This document shows, piece by piece, positions 13,821 to 28,150 of a DNA stretch of 64,000 nucleotides. The notes under the pieces were generated by a model, which worked only from the letters and a program-made list of their open reading frames with translations, made no database searches and was not told the origin of the DNA. The DNA lies in assembly GCA_001643675.2 (NCBI GenBank), contig LSRY02000050.1, positions 496,001 to 560,000 on the forward strand, read 5' to 3'. A program made the position numbers and the translations under genes. The stretch is from Monocercomonoides exilis PA203 (lineage: Eukaryota; Protista; Preaxostyla). The stretch's first letter is position 1; each line of letters opens with the position of its first letter.

Positions 13821-16668
13821 TTTATTTCATCTTCGTCTTCTTTTCCTCCTTCTTCTTCACCGTTTTCTTCCATTTCTTCATCTTCTTCCTCAACTACACT
13901 GCCTTGAATGCTGTTTATCGCTCCAGAAGAGAATTGAGAGAGTTGAGAATAACGAGAGAGAAATTGAAATCGAAAGAGAAAGAGGTTCAACGGGGGAAAA
14001 GCAAAAGGAAAAAGAAACACAGAAGAAGAAGAAGAAGAAGAAGAAAAATGGAAATTACTCAGAGGATTGAGAAGAACAACGTTGCAAGAAGCAGTGGTGA
14101 CATTTGTGGAAATGAGATACACGACAGAGCTGTTGGAGTCAGCATCGAACACAAAGATGAAAGAGGCAGTACCAGGGGCATTGAGGTTGATATGGGAGAG
14201 CATGAAAGATAAAGTGGGAAGAGCACAGAAGCAAAAAGCTGAGATTAAACCATTGCGGCAATCTGCCTTTGCCTTTTTTTAAAAGCCAATGTGACTTACG
14301 GAGAAAAGTTTTTTACGTCATAGTTCAATACACCAGGATTTAATAAATACAATAAAAAAAAATGAATAAAGCACGAACAACAATTTTTCGAAAGGGAATT
14401 GTTTTATAAAAAAATCAATATGGGTTGTTCAGCGGCAGATTTGAATTGCGGATTTTTGAAAAATCTGACACTAAAGGAAAAAAGTTCCCGTCATAAGTAG
14501 ATTTGTTGATTATTATATAAACATGGATTGAGAAGACTTATTGTCAACATTCGAATTGAATGATGAACTCAAACTGAGCTTAAAAGATCCTTATGTGGTT
14601 TGATATTCTTTCTGATTAACTAGTTATCAACTGTTTTAACAAATTTAAATATTTCTTTTTCAAGTGCACAGCATATATAAAGCATGTTTAACTTTTGCAA
14701 ATGGAGAAAGGGCATGTCATCACTTTGGAGAAGTTGCAATCAACTCCAAAAAGGCAATGTTTGCTCTTATGATCTTAACATTATGTTTGATTTTTTTGTT
14801 CAAATTTATCACTTCAAAGATTACAAACATCCAACAAATAAAAATTTACCCCTGAGCAAAATTGCATTTGAAGTGGTGAATAATAATTTGTTTATTGGAT
14901 TTTCTCCTGTTTATCTCAGCTCATCAGATAAAAAAATGTACCATCGTTTGTATTTGTGCCCAAATGCTACATCTGATTCAATATGTGGAATTAAAGGAAG
15001 AAGAGACTACTCATCAATCAAATTTCCCAAATGCAAGTTGCTAAAGCAGAACCCAATTCAGAGATTTTTCCTGAGTGCAAAAATTGGCATGGATAATAAA
15101 AGCTCAACAGTTAATACACACAGCGAACAATTTTGCAACACTAGTTATAAACTAATGGACACATTCATTTCATTAGTGGGTACTTGTCACATATCTTTTC
15201 TTAAATCTTCGTGCAGTTTCCTGAACGATTTCATGACCACTTTGATCAAAGAGTCTCAGTTACATCCTCATTCAAAGAGAGAAGACATGGGTCATTATTT
15301 TTCATATCATAACTTTGTACGAAGTTTGATCTTTTTTTTTAAGATTGTGGCAAGGGATAAATAAGCAATAGGCTTATGTTGAAAATTCAATAAAAAAGAA
15401 ACTTGATTGAATTGGATAAAAACTATCAAAAAATATTGTTTTCTTCATTTCAACCATTATAACAGTTTTTTTTTTGCAAATTTTCGAATTTTTTGATCAT
15501 TAAGAATTGCGATGCTATACAGGCACAACTAACGTCAAATGAGTATGTAAGGTTAAGTGTGATTCGATGAAATGACTTATTAAGTGCTTTGAATTAAGTT
15601 TCATCTAAAAATGAATTAACATTTGTTATGTTAAATTTGATTGGAAATTGCAGTTTATTATTTCGTGCGTTATTTTTAATAGAACTTTATTAATGATTCG
15701 AACAGCATAGATCGATTAAAAGCTATGAAAGAAGTTTTTTGTGAATTAATGTCAATGGAATCTTATTTGATAGAAAAGAAGTGAAAAATCAAAAATCAAA
15801 AAGAAAGATAAAGTTATTCTATGATTCCTTAGAAAATATTTTTTCAAAGATATGGAAGAAGAAGGGATCAGAGAATACAATTTCATGTTGGGCTGTTTCT
15901 TAGTTAATGGATCATTTTTTTCTTATTGTTTCAAAACACTGAACATTATTTTGTTTGTTGTTTTGGTTGTTGTTTTTGAAATGAGCACATCATTTATCTT
16001 TAAGAACAATATTCTTTTCATCAAAATTTTCTGAGATCTTGATAATTTTTTTTGAAAAGTTTGATGGAAGAGCTCTAAAAACAAAGCTATAAATGTAACA
16101 CATCACAAAGGCATATGAATTGAATAAGCAATATCAATGACATGAATTTCTCTTGGGAGGTGAACGTGCGAAATGAAGGGGTAAAACCCGCACAAATAAA
16201 CCAAATAAAAACCGTGATGTAAAAAAAACAATCTCATGAAATGCAAGAAAGACATATTCAAATTGTTCTGTTTCATTTAATTTAAAAACAGAAGGCAAAA
16301 ATTTGTTTGAGAAATAACTAGTCAGGCAAGCACATCATCCTTCAGCGTTCTTTTCCAAATGGAAAATTCAGAAAAGCAGGTGCTGAATTTGACATATTTT
16401 AAATTGTCAACATTTTCACCGAACGGATCATCAAATAAATTGACAATCCGATAAGCCATCAAAAAAAAAATAATAATTTCTAATAAGAATTTTCTGCTTA
16501 TCTCTGATCATTCTTGCACTTTATCATCTTGTGTTTTTGTCAGAACTCATTCTTCCACCACATTTCATTCCTCTTTTCTTTCAGCCTTGCATCTGTTATT
16601 TCTTCTTTTATTCTTTCTTCTTCTTCTTCTTCTTCTTCTTCTTCTTCCATTCCTCAATCTCATTTTTT

Positions 16669-18030
16669 TCAGATATATTCAACAAAGCACTCTCTTCCTT
16701 TCCCAATGACTGAAATCTTCTTTTCTCCAATCTCAACTGTTGTTGCTTCGCTTGTGTGATCCCCGCCCATCAGTGTGACAGACAGGCTCACCTGGATCAC
16801 GCTCTTTTCAACAGCAACACCAATGGTTCGGCATGCACTTGACTCATCCAGTCCACATAACTCTTCTTCACCTCCACCACTCACAGCCACAAATCTGTTG
16901 AGAATCCCTCTTTTCAGCCAATCCTTTTTTGATGTTTGGTTATATGACCAACCCTTGGAGTCCGTATAATTATATCCGTAGCACACTCTCTGGTCATCTG
17001 TGTTTGTTGTGTAACATTCAAAAAACGGATTTCCTGAATTTAAATAGACATTGTAAGCATCAACGTATTCAACATCATGCCCATATGGTGTATCTGCAGA
17101 GCATTTGCATTCATGAAAGAACAAATAATAACAATAAATTACATCATTTTGTGATGCTTGCCTGTATGGATATAGCTCCAATCCACCTCCATGTGCAGAT
17201 GCTGAACATGAAATGAACTGAATGCTCCTCATTTTGAATTGTGTGATTGGAATATTTGCACAACACATGCCTCCGCCATGATTATTTGTGATTGAGCATG
17301 AAGTGAAACTGCAGTCAAACACACACGAGCTCCCTCCTTCTCCGTCTTCTTCTCCAATGCATCCTGTTCCTAAAACATTAAAACTGTACAATCGAAAACC
17401 ACCACCTTCGCTATTTGCTTTACAATTCTGGAATTCACATCCACTGATCCGAACACACGTTGAAATCGTAAAAGCATACATTCCTCCCCCCAATTGATTT
17501 TGCGCGGTGCATGAATTGAAAGAATTGTTCATAACCTCAACGGATTTTATATTATAGCACATTATTCCCCCTCCCCGGCTGTATGCAATGCATCCATTGA
17601 ACACGCAATGCGAAACAGACACCGATGCCGACGACTGGTTGTACATGCAGATTGCCCCTCCGCTCGATATTCCATCAGCATACGAGTCGCTTTCTCCTGT
17701 TGTCCTCGATCCATCCCACTCGCACCAAGTGAATGAATTTGCTCCATTGAATGTTTCGTTCTGTCTGTCTGGCTTCAATGGTACCTCTGCATTTCCTTCG
17801 CAAACAACATTTCTTGTACGACAACATCTGACAAACGAGGTGTTTGAGGCAGTCAAAGAGGCATAGGGGTTGTTGAGGGAATGAACAATCCCGCCATCAT
17901 ATGTGTCGCTAACTGATGAAAATGAACAGCTGCTCATAAAACAAGTGGTTTGGGCTGACATTGTGGTTGAAGATGAACATGCATCATTTGCTGTTGAGAT
18001 GTTGAAAAATGTCAGGAGAGAGAGATACAA
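16669..18030 (-). CDS. Cys-rich right-handed beta-helix-like surface protein, 3'-truncated; further exons probably upstream to ~18.7 kb
   Basis: 453-aa ORF with repeated GGG(I/M)xC and CxFxxCxA motifs, then RFVAVSGG..EELCGLDESSACRTIG. It ends abruptly next to a (TTC)n run. Confidence 0.75.
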   Translation of the reverse strand: MYLSLLTFFNISTANDACSSSTTMSAQTTCFMSSCSFSSVSDTYDGGIVHSLNNPYASLTASNTSFVRCCRTRNVVCEGNAEVPLKPDRQNETFNGANSFTWCEWDGSRTTGESDSYADGISSGGAICMYNQSSASVSVSHCVFNGCIAYSRGGGIMCYNIKSVEVMNNSFNSCTAQNQLGGGMYAFTISTCVRISGCEFQNCKANSEGGGFRLYSFNVLGTGCIGEEDGEGGSSCVFDCSFTSCSITNNHGGGMCCANIPITQFKMRSIQFISCSASAHGGGLELYPYRQASQNDVIYCYYLFFHECKCSADTPYGHDVEYVDAYNVYLNSGNPFFECYTTNTDDQRVCYGYNYTDSKGWSYNQTSKKDWLKRGILNRFVAVSGGGEEELCGLDESSACRTIGVAVEKSVIQVSLSVTLMGGDHTSEATTVEIGEKKISVIGKGRECFVEYI

Positions 18031-21000
18031 GTGGCATTGAGGGTGATGAGAGGAATGCGGCTGAAGATGAGATAAGAGATTCGCATATCGAAATACTTCC
18101 TTCTTTGCCTCCTTCTCTTCTCAATGATTCATGGCAAAGCGTTGCAAAATATCCTAATGTGGCCGTATCCCTTTTCCTATTTCTTCTGCCCCTTTTTCAT
18201 CGTCTGCTTTCCCCATATCCCTTTTTCTTCTGTTGTAATCTTCTGCTTGTTTTCAAAAATCCATTTTCTTTCATTGCTTTTGAATGTTCGCGCAAAAGCC
18301 CCTATTATCAATTAAAAAATAAAGAAAAAATATAAAAAATACATAAAATTGATATTAAAAATATCACAAACCAGCACCATTTTCTTTTTGCAATCTTCTT
18401 CCTTTTCTTCTTCTTCTTCTTCTTCTTCTTATCGAATTTTTGTCAAATTTCTTCTTCAGCCATTTCCTCGATTTTCCGATTTTTCTTTTCAATCGTTTCG
18501 CCTTCTTCTTTTTCAAAATTCAACATAAATCTTCAAATCCCTCCTCTCACATTCATTTCATTTATCTTCTTTTGCTCATTCTTCAATATTCTCAGAATTT
18601 TTGTTATTGCCCGCTTTCTGAAAAGCATCAAATGTGCTCTTTTCCCCATGTTCATTCGTTGCCTGAAAATGTCCTTCCATAAATCTTAATCTCTCAAAAT
18701 AAATAAAAATAAATATGTGAAAAATTGGAGAAAAAAAATAATGCAAAACACACTCTAAAAATATATTTATTTCCAATCTTCACACACTTTCTTCTTCTTC
18801 TTCGAATGCCTCTCAAAATGTTGTTCTTTTCTGCCAACAACATCCAGCTGATCTGTCTTCGCTGCCAATCTTAACATCAATGAAAGTGATTCTGTTCTGC
18901 TTCCAAAAACTTGCTTATTTCCAATTCATGGCACTATTTCCACTCGAATAACACACAAATAATAAAAATCCTTCAAAAAGATTTGGTGAAGAAGAAGATG
19001 GTGAACGTGACGTCATTGTCAAGTTTGTATACTATATATCTTCCATCAGAAGATATCTTAAGCATCACTGCCTCGTTCTCTGCTCCTGTGGATAACCCTT
19101 CGATGAAGAAAGGCTAACGCAAGTGTTTAAATATTCAAAGTCCATTTTGCCTGTAATCCACTCCAAGCTACACGCATAACACCGAACTGCCTGATTTTCT
19201 CGCATTTTTGGCTCTCAAGCAAAACAATCAAATTCAGTTCCACTACTCTTCTCAGTCCATAAAAGCAATGTCTTGCCCTTCTCATATCAAGAAAAGCGCC
19301 TTGTTCTGTCCCAACTGATGCTAATCTCCTATTACAGTTATTTGCCACAATCGCCCCAACGAAATTATTTTGTAAATGTCCTCTTCCTCTTTTTAAAAAC
19401 GCTCCCTTTTCATAGAAATCAAACATTCTTCCTTTTAGCCTTGAATGTCTTCCGACCCGGTTCATTTCTGCTCCATTAAAATTCATTTTTCATCGCATTT
19501 CTATCCATCGCGCATGTTGAGTTAATAACAAGTCACATAAACATTTATGATAAAATATATTCTGGCTCTAATATATTTGTAAGATAACATTTGTCTCGCT
19601 TCCTCGCTGTTCTCCTCTGCATGGAATAAATTATCCATTTTATATAAATTGACTGAATCACGACTTTGGAGGGGATACGGATGGAAATATCTTCACAACA
19701 TATAGAACAATATAAAATACATACATTGAAAATTCTTCATTTCCATCGAAAATATTGTTGCTCCACAGCATACCAACAATCAATATGAACAACCTCATCT
19801 TCCATCAAACAGATATTCTTTCGTAATACCCAACCTTTTCACTGGAAATATTTCACTTAGTCACTCTGCCTTTGTTTTCACTTCGGAGTCTCACTCCGTT
19901 GGCAGTTTCTGAGCATTTGACATTGTTTGATCATGTTCCATAACGAATAAGAGCCACAAAAGAAAAGGGGCACAACTCGTGTATCGTGGCTGAATGGGCA
20001 TATGAAGACAATGCGATAATAAAAGGATGGATTTATGGAATGGGGTGATGGAGTTGTGTTTTTGGAGGAGAAAGGGTTTTGAGAGGGGAATGGAACGATA
20101 AAAGAATATTTTTTGTGGAAAAGAGGTGTTTTTGTGAGGTTTAAGAGGCATAATGGATGTGTGGGAGATGGATAAGGATGAGGTTGGGAGGGGTTATTTT
20201 TGAGATTTTTGTGAGTTGGAAGGAATGGGAGTTGCATTTATCGTTGGAGAAAAGGAATTTGATGTGGAGGAGATGGGGTGAGGTGAGGGGCAGAGGAGAA
20301 GACGATGGGCGGAGTTAATGGTATATTATTATTGGAGGGGAAGATGAGAGTTGGAAAGGAAATGGAGAGATATGGGGAGAAGATGGAAAAGGGATAATTT
20401 TTTTTTATGTATCGAGAGAAGGAGGAGGCACATGAGGCAGAGCAAGAGGGAGAATTTTTGCTGATGTACAAGTAGAGGGGGAAATGGAAAGAGGGATGTT
20501 TGGGAAGAGAAGAAGAAAAATGAAAGAAAAAAATTTCATATTTATATATAATTTATTCTGTGAACTGTTAGGCCGCGCCTCTCATTTTCGGGGCAAGGGA
20601 TGGAGGCCGAGGCAGAGGAAGACAGGAAGAAGGAACGTCAGGCGCAACACTTTGCAGTGGGGGTGTGGGGATGGATTCGCGACATGGATGGAGCGAGGTG
20701 AGGGGTTGACCATGAGGGGGGTGTTTTGCACCAAAGATAGGCAAAAAATTGGAGATATTTATTTATTTGGTTGGAAGAAGGGGAATGGGAGGCGGGGAGA
20801 CAGGGATTGTGATATTTTGTGGAGTGGTATTGTTGTTGTTTTGGGGGGAAATGGAGAGAAGAAAACGATTTGGGCAAGGGATGGGAAGGGATTCTTTTGA
20901 TGGAATCTTTTTCATTTCTAGTTTTTTTTATGGAATGGAATTTGTGGATGTTATTTGGGTTGAAGCAAAACCGAGGATTTTTGTTTAAGCTATTTTTTTT

Positions 21001-21884
21001 GAGGAAGCAGAAGGGAAACGAAGAAGGGGCAGGTGGGCTTTGTTGCAGAAAGGAACGATATTTGAAGGAGGAGGAGAAGAAGAAAGAAAAAGCTGAAGCA
21101 AAAGCAGAACTTTTTTTTGAAGCGAGCGTTTCGCTTCCGAGCGGTCCAGCTTCTTTTCGTGTTTTTGAAGTGGATTGCTTGGAAGATAATGTGAAGGCGT
21201 TTTGTGAGATGCATTTTTTGAGTGAAGAGAAAAGGAGGAGGATAAAGAGGTGGTGGAGAATGCATTATGATGGAGAGGAGGAATAGAGGGAGCAGAGGGA
21301 AGAATAGAAGAAAGAAAAAGAGACAAGATGAAATGCAATGTTGTTTGAGGCAATCATTCTAATCAACCACTTCATCTTTCATAATCATCCTCTTTCTCTT
21401 TCTCTTCCTCCACCTCTGCTTCCTTCTCCTTCTTTTTCTTCACATCACCCTTCTCCACTTCATATCCTTTCACTCCAAACAGCTTGCCTGAGAAAATCTC
21501 TCTCTCTTTTCCACACAGCTTCAATTTAACATTCATCAGTTATTTGATTTTCTTTCCAATTGTAAATACTTCCACAAACTAGATGTTAAAGTTATATCCT
21601 TTTAAAAACCTGAATATGTTCCTTTTTAAAAGCTTTCTGATCATTGAGAAGTCTTTCATAAAATTTCTATATCCAATAAGCTTCTGATATTCATTATCAG
21701 GATCAAAAACAAAAATAAAAAAAATGAAAAAGAACAATTCGGATCAATGTGTTTTGTGCACCTGGGAGGAAGTATTCCGTATCCAAGTCCGAATGATGCA
21801 GTAGCTATCTACACCATTTATGAATACAACCTAGTACTGCACCCTTCCGATGAATGCAGTCTGAGCATGCACAGCACATATAAA

Positions 21885-24800
21885 CTAAGTCTCATTTAAC
21901 TCAAAAACAGAATTCTCTTTATTCAATGAACATTTAAAAACTGAAAAATCTTTCAAAAGGCGACATCGCCTGTTTATTAAATTAAACGATTGTTGGGATA
22001 GTGAAGATGAAGTTACGTCATTGTTGACCACCTTTTTGCTTTTGTTATCTTTGATTTTTTCTTTTTGTGAAGTGGATCCAATTTCAATTAATGATCGTTG
22101 CGGCAGATAGCCAACTGCTGATGCACCAATGAATTTCCCTTTCTTCTCAAAATATAAATAATCTTTCATATGAAAGATTTGTAACGAAGGCCAAGATGAA
22201 CGCTGTTTTGGAACATATTTTTCGAAATATCTGTTATGAACATAATACTCAATATGCTTATTTTGAATTGAAGATTGAAGATTTGATAGTTCTGAAGCAA
22301 AAGGAAACAACGTTTTATGAATACTTGTTGAAGATGAACTGAATTGAACTGAAAAGAAATCAATCAAATCTTGAAGTGATTGAATTGCTTTCGATGGAAG
22401 ATTATTGTTGACTGCGTTCACCAGGGTTCCAAACTCCGAATCACAATAATTTTTACCGTGATGCTCCCCAAAAAAGCTGAGTTCGCATTTTTTGTTTCGA
22501 AAAAGTGGAGTTGAATGAGAAAGAATGAAATGCAAAACGAAACGATTGCGATTATGAGCTCCTGAATCGCAGAAGAATTTGAATGTTTGTATGTGTTTGA
22601 AAAGCGGTCTTTCCAAAACAGATTGAAGACATTCAATAACGAACTGATGATCGTTTGACAGAGAATCAGAAAAGAAATTGAATGTGTTTTTTTGGAATTT
22701 GTTATCCTGAAGATGAAATGTAATGATAGTAAATTGAGATATTTGTGTGTAGTTGTAGAATTCTTTCTGGAGTTGAACATTGCAAAGAAGAAGTTTCCAC
22801 TTTTCTTTAAAATCGAAAAGGCAAACAAGTTCTTTTTCAGAAAGCGAAGATACAGTTTTATTGAAATGAATGCGCTGCCATTCGGATGTTTTCTTGTGAA
22901 TGTTCAATGCAGCAAGTTGCGCCATATCTTTTTTTGAAAGATTTGCATTAGGTGGTAACGATTTTCGTTTGTTTTCCAAATAATTCAGTCTTTGGCAAAG
23001 TTCGCACACATCTGTTCGTTTTTTTGGTTTTGAAAACTGTGTAGTGAGTCTGTAAAAGAATGAAAGCGACACGTTAATGTGTGTTTCTTTAGTAAAATCC
23101 TCCCATAATTTGGTTTTAGGTTTCGAAATTAGTCTCTTTTCGAAAGGAGAGAATACTCTAACTTTTTGTTTGCTTCTTGTGAAATGATCATGGAGTGAAA
23201 TACATTTGGGAAGCAAATTGAAAGTGGAGTCGGCAATTGTTTGTTTGTTAGTGGAATAAGTTGAATGCGAATTGTTTGGTGAATAAGAAGAAATAGCTTG
23301 AATTGATTGAGATTTTGGTAACATTCCTCCCCTTCTCTGTTCATGTCCGTGCACATCACTGTATTTTTTTGCATAGAAGGATAAAGATGATCTGTAACCT
23401 TTTTGAAAAAGAGAACAAAATGTGCTGTTGAGATTTCTTTCATTTATTGATTGAGTATATGAATCATTACACAGAAACCACAAACTTTCATTCGATCTGC
23501 ATCCTTTCACAATGGAAATGTAATGACCATGAGATTCATCCATGTTTTTGAATAGAACTTGTCCCACGAGTTGATATGAAGGACATTCATGTGAGTCTTC
23601 AAATGACTGAAGGAATTCTGAAGTTGAACTTGAAACTGTTACCTTTTGGTGAATTTCACTTGATGCAAACGAAATATTCAAAGGTGGTGGCGAAAAGAAT
23701 GGATTTTTCGTTTCATGAGACATTGCTAAAACGTTTGGAAATGAAGTGATTCTGATGGAACGAGAAGCTCTATTCATTTCGTAACATGCTTTGCATTTGA
23801 CTTTGTTTGATGATGACAATTTTTCATAACAAAACAAACTGTTTAATCCATCAATGACAGAAGAACTGTTGATAATAAGGCTGCTCGCATTTAAATCGAT
23901 CTTCTCGGAAGTGCTTCCACAGAATTCACATTTGGTATACCTTATTATTGCAGGTGAAACATCTTTGTTTGTTATTTGATTGTCTCTTTTGAATAAATTC
24001 ATCAGTTGTTCATAGCCCACTGTTACATTCTGCTGTTCCCTTTTTCCAAGATCAAGAAAACTATCCCATGAATCGATGAGTTCATTATTCCAAGAAACAA
24101 TTGCTTTCTGATCATTGGCCAATTCATCACAGACATTGTAAAAAAGATTTGATAATTTGTTGCTACTATTGTTTCGAATAGCAATAGTCTTTTGTTGCAT
24201 CAACACAGACGTCCAACATTGTAAGATTGAGGACAAATAGCACGTGTTTCCCAAGTTCTGTAAACCATTCCTTGTTAATTGCCTCAATTGAATATTATTG
24301 CTTGTGAAATTTTGAATCTTGGATTGTCCTTCAATTTGTTCAGAAATGTTAGCAGAAATCGGAGGAATCAATGAAGGAGATGGAAAATCACAAATAATAT
24401 TTTCATCGTATTGCTTTAATGAGTTGTTATTATTGTTCTCTTTTTTGTTTATTTGATTCCTGTGATCCTTTATTTCCTTATTGAAAATTTGATTCTTGTT
24501 TTGAATTCTTTTTTCCTCATCACAGGCAGCATTTGGGAATGAATGAAATTTTGTTGTGAGATCACTTTGAAGATGAAGATTGTTCTTTTGCGATTCCTTT
24601 GTATTATTTCTCTGAACAGAAATAATATCGTTCCAAGGAGATTCATCAACAAACTTTTCATAATCTTTAGGGACTTTATTGATTTGCTTTGTCCAAGAAG
24701 AAGTTGAAATTTCTGTAGAGTGATTAATCATCCAGCTATTTCCTTTATTCCACTCTTCTTCATTTAGACCTTTTGAATCAATAAATAAACAAACAAACAA

Positions 24801-25383
24801 ACAAAAAATAAAATAAAATAAAATAAAATAAAAATTGGAGATGTTAATACAAATAATTTGAACATTAATTTATTTTATAGAAAAAAAACCTGATTTGCAT
24901 TTTGGAACGACTGGTTGCTTGGGTGGAACTATTTTGAAACTGTTTCGTTCAAATGTTTGCTTTGCATGATTGACTTTCCCCTGAGTTACGTTATATCCAT
25001 ATGAGATCATTTGGCTGATGGACATCACTTGAGATAAAGCTTGAAGCATTGTGGTTTGCGAATGAGTCGGAGAAATGTTATATGCAATTGACAGATTCTT
25101 TAGCAAAAAATAATAATCAGCTACAAAATTGAAATAAAAAGAATTGTTTCAAGAACAATCTGAATCAATAAGAAGTAAATGAGCAAAACACACAATTTAA
25201 TTTCTTCTTAAGTTTCTTCATTATTGAAGAAGCTTTTTCATATCGACAGAACAAATAATTAAGCAAGTCTAACTTAAAATCTCCTCCAATTCTCAAAACT
25301 TCATTCCACAACGTCTCAGCTCTGGAATGAAGAGTTGATGTTGGAAGTTTTGAAAATCCTGATTTCGAAGATTCTTTTGACAT
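21885..25383 (-). mobile_element. Peptidase C19 (USP) domain fused to a Sola-like DDD transposase, with probable upstream exons
   Basis: 971-aa uninterrupted ORF. USP: Cys box GLQNLGNTCYLSSILQC, CxxC pairs and His box GHYISIVK...WFLCND. Transposase: KPKKRTDVCELC, LFDFKEK, FCDSGAHNRN and GEHHGKNYCDSEFG. A phase-1 GT-AG intron at 24889-24770 joins ORF 24870-25106 in frame. Confidence 0.75.
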
Positions 25384-28150
25384 TAACGACTACAACTGCT
25401 TAGTTGTCAATTAAGGGATATGATCAAAACAACCAAAAACCGAAAATATTGCAGACAGATTTATAAAAGTCATAAATAATATTCAATTAATGAGGAGAGA
25501 TTGTTTATTTTTGTAGGAACAAAAACAATAAAGAATCATTTTTTCTGGGAGACTGAAGGTATTTTCCTTTTCAACATTTTACGTTATAGAATCTTCTCGA
25601 AAGAATTCCAGAAAGAAAAATGTTTGTTTTTTCATTTTTTTATTTTTTCAATAAACAAAAACAGTTCTAATAACATCTATATTCAACAACTTTTCATTTA
25701 AAATATATTTGACCTCATTCAACAGCAACTCCGAGTTTCCACACAATAAAACATGAACATTGCTGTTTTCCTTATCAGAAGATTCTCTTCTTTGGCTGTT
25801 GCGTTTTATTCACATGAAAAAATGTTGATAACATTTGACTTATCCAAAATCAGATTTTCATTATCTAATTTTCATTTCGTTATGTGTTCATGTCGTTGTT
25901 GAGGATTTTCTTTTTTTGCTATCATTTAGTGGCACTCGCTCACATCAATGTTATTTTTATAATGAATGTTGAAAACAATATTTGTTTCATAAGAATAAAA
26001 GATAACTATTTAATATATTCGTTATCTGAAATAGCTTTTTTTCAGAATTTAAGATATGCTGTTTTAAAAAACATTTAATGTTTGCAAGTTGAAAAACGTG
26101 AAGACAAAAAGAATTTTCATAATTTGAATTATTATGAAATTTATTCAAAAAACCCATGAGAAATGAAATTGAAGCTTCAATAAAAAATTTTTAAAACTCA
26201 TTCAGTTCATGTCTCTTTCTTTTTTGTCAAATCATCAGTTGAAAATTATCAATTCGAGATATTTCTTCTCCATATTAAAAAGGGAAATTCGACATCATTC
26301 CCAATGTTGTCAGCAACATGTTTGTTGGAAAAATATAAATGTTTTGAGTTTTGTCGATTTTTTTGATCTGAATGAAGAAGCAGTTAATATTCAAGTGATG
26401 AATCTTTAATCGAATATGATTTCCCTCTGAAAAATCATTTTTATCTCTAGAAACAACTATGCTTTCTTCTGTTTGTTATAAATTTTATTTTGTGCATTTA
26501 AATAACTATTTATTGACAACCTCCTTTTCATACTTTCTCATTCAAAATAAGGTCAAAAAACGAAATATTAACCAGAATATGATGGAAATACAAGATTATA
26601 TGCTTCGAGAGATTGGAACTTTTGATGTTAATCAGTGGATGCATCTTGAATATAATTATATTCAGTTGAAAACAAAAAGTTATATCTTTGAAGAGTTCTG
26701 TGAAAAGCAGCTTGGATGGATGAACATCTCACTATGCAACTTCTGCAGTTTCTTCTCTCACATTGTGAACAACAAACACTTGTGTGAAAAGTTGCGCATA
26801 TGGCTGCTGAACTGAATGGAATTAAAACTTCGTGGAACTTTTTATCACACTGGTGAGCATCTTGTTCAGAAAAAACATATGGAGCTGAAGAAGAGGTACT
26901 CAGAGGTGTGAGCGGATCAATAAGTGATAAGGCGAATGGTTGCTGCAAGTATTGCAATGCCAATAGTGGAAAAAGGACTGGAGGCAGCTGAGCATTGAAT
27001 AGAAGATGTGGCTCTGTCACCAGCATCGACAGCGCTGTTTGTGCTCGAGGAGCAAGAAGAAAGAGAAGAATTCAAAGAGGAGTCAAAGAGGAAATTTGCA
27101 AACCAGAAGTACTTGGAAGACCATGTTCTGCATAAATGAGATCGCTTTATTCTGTTGTTGATGAAGAGTGTACTGCAATTTCTTCCTTACCTTCTTCTTA
27201 TTCTTCAAAAATTAATCTGAATCAAGTGCAGGCAAGAAGAACTAAAATCCTCTCTTTTTTTCTAATCCATATATTGTGCACACTCTGTTTAAAATATGAT
27301 AAGTTGAACTTGAGAGAAATTCTTTTCCTTTTTTCTGACTGTCAACATTCAGTGTTTCATCTTTTCTGAATGAAATGTTTTTTCTGTTTAAAGGATATTC
27401 CTCGATCTGCTCACTGTTGCTTGCATGTTCTCATTTCACGATTGCTATGTTTCATCATTTAATCTTCATGCCTCTTCTCGATTCATTTGAAACAGTTGTG
27501 AATTTTATTTGCACTATTGTGTTGATTAAATCAATAGCAGAGCCTATCCATTAGCATATTTCTTTGTATTTCGCATTTGCCGGATCCAATTCACAGTCAG
27601 CTATAAAACGTTTTTGAACTCATGATTCCATTCTGCAATCTTTCCTAATTAATTAACAAATAACGCTGCCTGCAAATTTCAACAAAGTGAAGTTCGAATA
27701 ATTGACATTCTTCAAAAATGCACAATTGATTTTTGACTTTTATTATCGACGGATGATTATTATGAATGTTTGTGTAAACTTCAAGAAAATAATATTGTAT
27801 TGGAAAGGTTTTCTATTATTTCAATTTCTATAAACATTATTGTCAGCTATCTTCAAACAAAAGAATAGTTTCCACGAGTTATTGCTGGACTTCATGCTCC
27901 AAATGGTTCGCCATTTATGGATAACCATCTTCAAAACTGGTTTTATGGAATTTGTTATCGATTGATATTCATTGATTGATCCTAAGATATTCGTTATTCC
28001 AAAAAAAAGTTGATTCAACAAATGAAATGTTTTTTTAATATTAAATAAAAAAAGAAAAGAAATCAGAAATTTCATTCAAATTCTTTTCTTATTTTTTCAA
28101 AGTGAATGAAGAAAATTGAACAAAGCTATTTTAAGAATTTTCTGAGTTTT

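Noticed and set aside
14400-15364. 226-aa ORF, possibly a transposase remnant
   Set aside because: No diagnostic motif could be identified.
21500-25700. TIRs/TSD around the USP-transposase gene
   Set aside because: Searched both flanks by eye and found no convincing inverted termini, so element boundaries are not claimed.
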